Both the position numbers and the translations under genes were made by a program. Source: Octopus vulgaris (taxonomy: Eukaryota). Taken from it: a stretch of 64,000 bases of DNA. Where the stretch lies: positions 15,004,001 through 15,068,000 of the forward strand of contig OX597822.1 of assembly GCA_951406725.2 (NCBI GenBank), read 5' to 3'. Below, one piece after another: positions 54,498-64,000 of the stretch. Under the pieces are notes generated by a model. It saw nothing but the letters and a program-made list of their open reading frames with translations, made no database searches and was not told the origin of the DNA. Position 1 is the first letter of the stretch; each line of letters begins with the position of its first letter.

Positions 54498-55967
54498 GAG
54501 GGGAGAGAAAGAGAGAGAGAGAGAGATTTGACCAACATTTGCAGAGAAAGGATTCCTCAATACTGGCATGTATTAATATTTGAGGATTATTATTTCCTGC
54601 CTGCTAATGTAATATATAAATTTACAATTTCATAAACGCGTCGCAACTTTTTCTTTACTCTTCCTCAGAAATGAATTGCTGTGCTAACAATTCATTAAAT
54701 CGCAGAGATTGCCTTGCTTATATCTAACCTGAGTTTTCTACTTGTTTATGTATATCTCTGTGTGTATATATTTAAAAGCCGCGTGCGTTGCTCTGACAAA
54801 TTGTTATTCATAATAATATTTGCAGTAAGAATTTCATCGCTTACATTCTACTTATAATAATATTTTGGCAAACTACCCATTTTGCTTAAATATCCTGCTG
54901 CTGAAATCTTATGTAAAATGTAAACAACATATTCTAATCAAACTCTATTGGATGTAAGTTCTTCAATATGAATATATCTTCCACTGTCTTTAATCTCCAA
55001 CGTAAACAAACTCCTGGCGAAAAATATGGCGGGTTTTACATAATTTTAATTGCATATTGGGCCACCTATGAAGAACCAGTTTTTTTTTATTGAAATACTT
55101 TTCATTTTTTTTTACTTCTTTGTAATCTAGAGATATAAAAATTCTTGGCATATTTCTCAAAGAAAGTAAAATATATTTCTTATTTTACATGGCAAGTTAA
55201 CAAAACTCCGTTTTAAAGATTAAAATTTAAAGAAACAGAGAAAACAATTATTTTATTAATAGTGATTGTGTATCAGAAATATGATTTAATTTGTGGCTTT
55301 GAAATGCACAGCGCACCGTTTGAACGAATAGAGAGGATTGTAATCGGTTTGCGATTTGCGAACTTTAAATCAAAATAACGAAGGAGTGATATACGTAGAA
55401 AAAACCCGTTATGCTATTTGTCACGAAGAGGAAGAATGTAAAATTTTCAGGTGCTTCGCCTTTGTCTACAGTGAAGACAGAGAATATTTTTGCTCTGATT
55501 TAAGACAAGTCAAACTAAATCTCCTTCCAACAATCTCAAAGGAAAAAAGTCTTAGATTTTCAAATGTTTATCTTCAAGCCAATTTTAATTTTTACCGAAG
55601 CAACTCACGAACAATGTTCCCGAAAGCAAGATTTTATCTGAGCCAATTAAACATTTTGTGTAGCTTGCTTTAAAACTTGGTAAATGAAGCCTTTGAAGTT
55701 TGCTAGCGATTCTTTATAATAAATACAGAAACTTATTTCAAACTTTAGCACGACGTCTGCAATTTCAGGGTCAGGGAGCTTGTTCCTTCAATTAACCGAG
55801 TAATTTATTTTATCGACCTCGAAAGGGTAAAAGACAGGGCTGACTTCAACAGTATTTGAAGTGAAAACCCGATAATGCTGCACGAACGATTCAGTCAGCT
55901 TGCTGCCCTTGCGATACATACGATTGCTAAGCTGTTATAGTCTCAACTCAAATATCTACTGCCAGAA

Positions 55968-56180
55968 GGCGGCGAGGTGGCGAAACGTTATTATACCGGA
56001 CAAAATTCTTCGCATCATTTCGTTCGTGTTTACGTTTTGAGATTAAATTCCGCTGAGGTCGATTTTACTTTTCATCCTTTCGCGGTCGATAAAATAAATG
56101 CCACTCATATACTGGCGTCGACGTAGTCAACTGCCTCCCTCTTCTCAAAACCTACAGGCCCTTATCTAAGATTAGAAACC
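55968..56180 (+). mobile_element. SINE family B (degenerate); a divergent minus-strand remnant lies at 55740-55910
   Basis: ggcggcgaggtggcgaaacgtta...gaggtcgattttacttttcatcctttcgcggtcgataaa. Confidence 0.7.
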
Positions 56181-57644
56181 GTCTACCGTCATCATGGAGA
56201 ATAAAAATTGAACTACTTTCTCAGGAACTAATGTCGAATAAATTCTCATTGTTTGTTATCAGATCAGCATTTATCTAGAACTCGACAGAAACAACAGTTA
56301 AAATATGCTTTCGGAAATGATATGGCATAATTTGGGGGATAACGAAGTCTATAGAATCTTTGTGTTTTCTAATTAGGAGGTATTATTTCTCATTCCTAAC
56401 TCAAATTAGATTATGAAATTGCCTTATCGAATAATTAACTTTTATTCATTGATTGATGGCGCTAGTAAAACTGTCATAGACTAAACGCTATTTTAGTCCT
56501 ACATTTCTTTTTCTCGCAAAAGCTTGTGCGATTTTATAGATGCTTTCAGAATGCCTGTGAGATAGAGGGAGATATCCTGGAATCGGAAACCTGATATAAA
56601 TACTTCCATCATATTGAACTCTTCTAAAGGTAGCCAAGGTACAAGATGGTGGCCTTAAACCAGACGATGGCTTAATTTTACCATCCATTGTAGGTTATGG
56701 CAGAATTTGAAAACTTAGAACACCAACGGCAGGAAAAAAGCATCGCAAGGGATCCAGTTTATCGTTTTTCTCTTTCCTCCAAGCCATCACACAGATTTTT
56801 CTTCTGCTCCAAAAGGAAGAAAGCCTAAAGTGACCTTAGCACGATTTGAACTTGGAGTATCAATTGTTAGAAGCATAACGAAACGTGCTGTTTGTTATGA
56901 TCCGTAACTGATCCACCGATTTACCGCCGGCGAATAGATGCAAAATAACCAATTTAAGGTATTGATATCGGCTCACAGCTTTAGAAATCTACTTTGTTGT
57001 ATTCGCTTCGTTGGATTCGCATTAATTCGTAGGAATTTATCCAAACTCACGAACTACAACGTAAAATATTTGCTGACGCGCATCAGTTGCAACTTTTTAT
57101 GAATATGTATTTACTTATAACTAAAATGTAAGTTTGTCTTCAGCTAATCGACAAAGAAGTTACTGGCAGCCCGTGGCAAAGTTGCCGGTGACATAATCAA
57201 ATCGTGTTCAATGTTACATGTGTATTAGATAACAGGGAAAGTAGAGTTAAACACCGGATACGTTTGATCAGGTGAAAAGATTAACATTAAGTTTTCTCAC
57301 CAGCAGAAAAATCAAAGGAAAACTTTTGTGAGAGAAACAACGATATGAAAAGTACATCTAATCTAAGAGTAAATAAAGAAAGTGCACATCTGATTGAATG
57401 TATATAATAAAAGATAGAATATTAAGAAACAAATCTTGTCTCGATTTATTTTTTTTTTCCCCCATTTTTAAAAAAACAAAACAAAAGCCCCGTAAACCTT
57501 TGCTTTGTGGCATTTCTATCAATGTTTAATATCTCCTTCTGACAGATGTAGAAGGATAATCAGATAAAATACATTAGAATAATTAAGAACGGATTTTTGT
57601 GTCATTTCCTTTCACCTACCTAAGAAAGAAATAAAGGCTGCAGT

Positions 57645-57812
57645 GGAAGAAGAAGAAGGAGAAGATGAAGAAGACGAAGAAAAGAAGAAGAAGAAGAAGA
57701 AGAAGAAGAAGAAGAAGAAGAAGAAGAAGAAGAAGAAGAAGAAGAAGAAGAAGAAGAAGAAGAAGAAGAAGAAGAAGAAGAAGAAGAAAGATGATTTGGA
57801 GGAAAAGAAGAT
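57645..57812. repeat. (AAG)n microsatellite
   Basis: Directly visible. Confidence 0.95.
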
Positions 57813-60274
57813 GAAAAAATCTGTGAATTTTTTTAGAAGATTTGATGAAAATAAGAAGAAAAAACAATTCCTATTATTGGTTTTGTATGCTTTTAGATTT
57901 CATAGACACAACGACTATGAAAAGAAGAATCCCAATTATAAATAGTAGAACGAAATCTAAATAGGAAAAAAAAAATCAAATCAAACATTTATTTTATTTT
58001 TGAAATGTATAATTTCTCCATTCTTTTCCTTTTTACAACTCGCTATGTACTTTAAGTATTTCTTGCGTTGCTTTGTCGCAAATTCTGTTTTAAATATATA
58101 TTATTCTATTTTCTCTATCGCAAATGTTGTGTTTTTGTTTTTCAATCTTTCGACATCTCTTTCCCGGGGTTTTTCTGCAGGCCAATTCATCTTTATAAAA
58201 CTGAAAAAAAAAACAAACAAAAAGAAAAACAGAAGCAATAGAAACTAAAGAACGGCAAACACAAGAATGAATTCTTTATGTTGCAATGAAAACTTCAAGA
58301 AGCAATGAATAAATAAACGATTAGAAAAAAATTGCGAATTGCTGCAAGGAGATAAGTTTATATTTGCATATTAAATGGATTATCAATAAAATGGATATGA
58401 TAACAGTGTTTTCTGTATAGATCAACTACAAAAAGCGAAATAATCAAAGAATCTTGTATTTAGATCAAGCAAAACTTGAATAATAACTAGCAGTTTTATA
58501 TTGAGAAGTTAGGAAAAGTTAATGAGACAATTCCTTAATTGAAATAATAGGCAAAGACAAACAGGCTGAACCTATTGCCTGTATTAATAATAGTTGGTAT
58601 TATATGAGTGTGGTTTTACTCTGTATTGTTTATGTTTACTATACTACAAACAAATACAACCTTGATCTGACATATTCAGAGTTAATACTAATCTCAATAT
58701 CCCTGACATGGAATAAATTCCCTTTTGTAGAGATACTTAGAATATCACTGGTATAAATTTCGTAAATGCATAGTTTATATCGCTATTACGAATAATGATT
58801 AGCAAAGAAGTACATCCATTCTCATTTATCACTGATTTATTTAACACGGAATAACACGGAACGCTCTGTAGTTATGTGTTACGCTTATCACGAAGAAATA
58901 TGTGATAACACGAGTCACCAATCTGCCAAAGATTCTCCTCAAACCACAAAAGCACACCCCAAAGACCATCCATAATCCTCACAAGAACTTGGTGGGGCGG
59001 TCTTGGAACATAACACGTTTTCTCCTGATCTTCTATTATTTACCATGATGCTCACGGTGTTTTTTGGAACTAAGCATCCATGATGAACGAGGTAGGTGGG
59101 TGAGTGTGCTGTATTGAAAGACAGTGTGAAATAATACAACACATAAAGCAAAGCGAATGTAGTCAAAAGATGAGAATGAAGTGAATATGCAAGATTATTC
59201 TAGAAATAAAAGCTCCTGTACCATATTAAATGACTTGAAATATTCTTCAGAAATGCATAAAAACCACTGTTTATCTTTTCTCTTCGTAATATTGGATTTC
59301 ACGTTTTATTTGCAAATAAATCCGAGACTTCTTACGTATACCAGCGCTCCTAACAAATCAATATTGGTTTCAAACTTGTGGAACATTTTTATTGACACGA
59401 TTCTTGCCAATGGAGTTTGTTCCAGACTTTTCTTTTTTTTTTTTTTGAATCTTACCAGGAATGTTATTCAGATTGGAACTGAAATTAAATCTGCAAATTA
59501 CCGTTTGGTTTTCTTTGCTCAGGAGTCAATTAAATCCCCGTGTTCTTCATGAGACAACGTCTGGTATAATCATTGCAGAGCTGGTTAGAATACCTTGAGA
59601 TATTCGTTCTGTAATTCTTCTTTATGAGATAAAATTCCGCGGCCGTCAATTTTGTCATCGATGGCTTCATGCTCGCTAACTAAATAAGGAATGGAGCTGG
59701 CGGCGATGAAAGGACAATGTTTAGTGGCAATAATTCCATTTAGATATTTAGATTTGCAGTTGCAGAGTAAAGACGGTCTCATACGTTTTCCCCTTCCAGC
59801 CTGCTCTTCCATTATGTTGCTCATATTTTTAGGAAAGGCATAAAAACCACGGTATCTCATTTCTGTTTCGTCATACGTCTCATTGTCATTGTTATATACA
59901 TCTGAGTTTTTAAGTGTATATTTTAAATAAATATTGATTCATTGAAGATTGTTGAGCAAATTTATTGCGACGACTTTCGTCCTTGGAATTGCTTCGAGAC
60001 AGTTTCCTTTCATCTTCGTGAAATATTCCATGAAATTTGATGAACAGATAAAATTCTTTCGAAAGACAAATAAAACAATTACAAACTTTTAAATACTTTT
60101 CTGAGATTTATCGTCTGATAGTTTCACTAATGATATCAGGCGATGCAATTAATACTTACAATGTTTCCATTTGATATTCTTTCTTTACGAACTGTCGTAC
60201 GTTGTATATTGAGATATATTTCACTGCTGCTACGAGTTTATGCTGTGATTATTTTTTTCTTTCATCTTCTATTT

Positions 60275-60745
60275 GGTTCATTCATTAGACAACAGCCATG
60301 CTGGAGCATCACAGTGAAGAAGTTTTAGTCGAACGAATCAATCCCCCCAGCAATTTTTAAAACTGGTACTTATTGTATCGGAATTGTTTGCTGAACCGCT
60401 AGATTACGTGGGCGTAAGCAAACCAAAAGCAGTTCTCGAGCGATGGGGGGGGGGGGGATAAACACAAATATAAATACACACATACATATATATATATGTA
60501 TATATATATATACGAAGCTTCTTTCAGTTTCCGCAGTTAAGTAAAACAAATCAATTCCAGTTAAGGTTAGTATTTATTTTGTCGATTCTTTTAGCGGGCT
60601 GTTAAGTTACTGGTGCGTAGAAGAACAGAAAGAAGTAGACACACACTCACATATACGTGACTGGCTTCCAAGAAGAGTCTGTCAGCCAAATTCACTCACA
60701 AGGAATTAATCGACTCAGACCTATAATTGAAGATAATTGATCAAT
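60275..60745 (-). mobile_element. Degenerate SINE family A fragments
   Basis: gccatgctggagcatc...; cttctttcagtttccg; ccaaattcactcacaagg. Confidence 0.55.
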
Positions 60746-61060
60746 TTCCCGGGCATTCTTACTATCCTCTGCACACTTTTCCGCACCCAATTTCCAGTCA
60801 GATAACATTAGACCACTCAAAGCTCTAATACTAGTAGTAAAAATGCATGTCCAAGTTAAGGCGCGAACATAGTTTAATGTAACTGCAAATTAATCTTATT
60901 AATCAGAAAGCCATACAAATCCCGATGAGTTTGTTTATAATTTTAGTCCAATTATTGTTAGCAAACGTAAAGCGAATACTTGATATCGGGTGATAAACCT
61001 AAGTATTATATAAGGCGTGTAAACTATGTTTGTACACATAATTTTTAAGAGATAAGAGAC

Positions 61061-61565
61061 GAGGCATGGTTATGTGGTAAAAAGCTTACTTCCTAATCAC
61101 ACGGTTTGTGGTTCAGTTCCACTGCGTGGCACCTTCTACTATGGCCTCCGGCCGACCAAAGCTTTCTGAAGGTATTTGGTTGATGGAAACTCAAAGAAGT
61201 TCGTCGCAGCCATAATGTATGTATGTATGTATGTATGTATGTATGCATGTATGTATGTATATATGTATGTATGCATGTATGTATGCATGTATGTATGTAT
61301 TTATGTATGTATGTATGTATGTATGTATGTATGTATGTATGTATGTATGTCTTTGTGTCACTGTTTTCCTTCCTCCACCGTTGGACAACCGGTGCTGGTG
61401 TGATTATGTCCCTGTAACTTAGTGGTTCTGCAAAACGGAACCGATAAAATAAGTACCAGTCTTTAAAAGCGTAAGCCTTGGGGCGAGTCATTTGACTAAG
61501 ATGCATGAAGGTGGTGCTCCAGCATGGCGTCACTTTAATGACTGAAACATGAAAGAGATAGAAAA
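61061..61565 (+). mobile_element. SINE family A with internal (TATG)n
   Basis: Both halves match 8324-8800. Confidence 0.8.
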
Positions 61566-61759
61566 AAAGAAGAAATATTATTCAAATATAGATAATTAGC
61601 TTGGAGTGCAGATTTCAGCTTGTCCCTCCGCCTTGAAGTAGGCAACAAGAAGCTACATCGATTGTATTTCTCCTCCGAAGAAATCCTGATCATGGCAGGT
61701 TTATCAAGGGATTAATTATCATGTGATACCTTAAGCAGCAGAGAGTGACAAAACAGAAT

Positions 61760-62157
61760 CATTTCTACTCTAAGAACAAGGCCCGAAATTTTGGTTGGAG
61801 AAGGTCAGTCGATTAGATCGACTCCAGTAAGCGTTTGGTACTTAATTTATTGACCACGAAAGGATGGAAGGCGAAGTCAGCCTCGGCGGAATTTAAACTC
61901 AGAACGCACAGACAGATGAATTACCTATTTCTTTACTACCCACAAGGGGCTAAACACAGAGGGGACAAACAAGGACAGACAAACGGATTAAGTCGATTAT
62001 ATCGACCCCAGTGCGTAACTGGTACTTATTTAATCGACCCCGAAAAGATGAAAGGCAAAGTCGACCTCGGCGGAATTTGAACTCAGAACGTAGCGGCAGA
62101 CGAAATACCGCATAGCATTTCGCCCGGCGCGCTAACGATTTTGCCAGCTTGCCGCCT
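61760..62157 (-). mobile_element. Nested/tandem SINE family B dimer
   Basis: Older unit 61760-61921 joined to a younger unit 61922-62157; possible outer TSD tgacaaaacagaat / tcacaaaatagaat. Confidence 0.8.
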
Positions 62158-62422
62158 TAATCACAAAATAGAATGCATAACATTATATCAAACAAACGTA
62201 ACCGGTATTCGAAAAATAATGAATTTAATGAATACGATGGAAATAGTTCTTAAAACTAATTAGTAATGTGTAAGTGAAAAGAAAACTTAACAAAAGCCCA
62301 AGATTAATTATAAAGAGCACTATAGGCGAGAGGACATACTTCAGCAGAAAATAAATCTCCCAAAGATAATGGTGTGGTAAATTCTTCGATAGGTGTGACA
62401 TATGTATATATGTGTGTGTGTC

Positions 62423-62470
<48 letters not shown>

Positions 62471-63689
62471 TGTGTGAGTGTGGGTATGTCCTCTACAACT
62501 CTTTCCCTCTCCTACAACGTGGTCGCTGTCCGGCCAAGGCATTTTCATCCTGTTTCCACCGGCCGCCATCCAGACCAGTCACGTTCGTCTATCCTCCCGC
62601 TCGGTCTATGACTTTCCATTTCTCTTCTGGACCAGTCTACTATGTTCGTCTGATAGTCGAAAGACTTTCTGTTATTTATTCATCTTTTAATTGTACAATT
62701 ATTTTCATTTTGTAGTAAAGCCGAGAGGCGTTTGTCCATTGTATATGTACTATTCCTTTTCTGTTGCACTTGTATTATTTTTTTCATCACGTTACGTTCG
62801 TCTAACAGCCGATTGACCCTTTCTTTATTTATTTGAAAATTCGCAATCATTTTCGTTTTGCTGTATAGCCGAAGGGTGTATGTCTGTTGTATGTGCATAA
62901 TTCTTGCTTTCTTGTACTTGTTTTCGTTTGCTTTTTCCAAGAAGTTGAATGCATTTAGCGTAACCCTTTTGGCACTAGCTGGGTTCGAGCGGTCTCAGTG
63001 AGTGCAATGAGTGCAAAACTAGTAGGACTTTTCCAAGTAAGTTTTATCTTAATAACTACGATGAGCACTCTTCTATTTCTACTATCTCTTCTCTGTTTAT
63101 ATCTCTCCCTCTCTTGTTCTTCACTCCTTCTGGTTTTTTCTCCCACCCTTCTCTATTCTTCTCCTCTCCTCTTCACCGTTCCCTCTCTCTCACTCTTTCT
63201 CCTTAACTCTCTCGTCGCTGACACGTGACGAAAGGGAATCTATCTTTCTGCCCATTTTCTTCATAAAAACAACACGTGCTTATACCTGTCTCCACTCATA
63301 AGCTTGTCTTCCTAAGCGTTCATAATAATTTTTCTATCGTCTTGGCTTAATAGCCCTCACCGTTTGTTTTTACTGTCTTGTTCTCACTGTTCTGTTCTTG
63401 TTACTAACTTTCACCCCCAGCAAAAAATTCCCAAATTTTATTTAATTTGCTTTGCGGTGTACCCGGTAATTCCCGAGGATAAAGATGTTCTATTTAAGTA
63501 CCTTATTACTCTATTATAAAAATCAATTTCGTTATAACTGCCACAAAAGCTGTATTTTTCTTCGTGAAAAAGTACCAAAAACAAACTGTGAGCTCGATAA
63601 GGGAGAGATTGTCGGAGGTTGGCGAGAGAGGTTTTCTAAGGTTGCCGGTGGGAGAGGCATCTTTGTTCCAAAATTTCAGTCTTGTAGGG

Positions 63690-63830
63690 CTACGTGATAA
63701 CAATGCTCTTGGTTTTGCCGTTGGGTGCATAGATGAATAAAGTCTCTGGATTTCCAACTCTAGAGCATCCGACATAGAGCTGTCCGTGAGACAAAAACCC
63801 GGGCTGGGACACACTTATTAAATACGTTCT
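63690..63830 (-). mobile_element. Helitron RepHel (PIF1-like helicase) C-terminal fragment
   Basis: FLSHGQLYVGCSRVGNPETLFIYAPNGKTKSIV matches helicase motif VI and the Helitron C-terminal TKNIVY pattern. Confidence 0.8.
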
Positions 63831-64000
63831 GGAATCAAAAATGTATCTACTGCCATCGAAAAAGTTTAACTGGAAAAATGGAGAATTATCGGAGTTATGA
63901 GCATTCAAAGTGTAATGAAATTTCATTGAAAACCCTGCATGTATTGCCAGCATTTAGTTATTTGGAGATGTTGAAAAATTGTCTATTAATGCAACGTCTA

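Noticed and set aside
58880-58960. WQIGDSCYHIF (C-type lectin-like) and YGWSLG (claudin-like) motifs
   Set aside because: Short matches followed quickly by stops, with no further domain residues

Overview
AT-rich, microsatellite-saturated eukaryotic DNA with no host protein-coding gene that I can support. The repeat families resemble those of a coleoid cephalopod, probably Octopus (inference). Almost all long ORFs in the track are translations of simple repeats. Recognisable elements are: decayed R4/Dong non-LTR retrotransposons clustered in (TAA)n, plus a 5' half next to (TAC)n; a 3'-truncated Tx1/L1-type element (gag-like ORF1 and APE endonuclease); CR1, RTE, Helitron, possible piggyBac and Penelope (GIY-YIG) remnants; and many tRNA-derived SINEs of about four families. 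The most notable signal is at least a dozen minimal type-I hammerhead ribozyme motifs from several unrelated Penelope-like pseudo-LTR families. Five of these elements are small non-coding head-to-head palindromes, mostly in or beside (TA)n; four carry a hammerhead on each arm and one is collapsed. Several carry fixed non-canonical cores (CUGUCGA, CCGAUGA). There is also a ~970 bp inverted duplication of adjacent SINEs. Coordinates were read by eye and may be off by a few bases.
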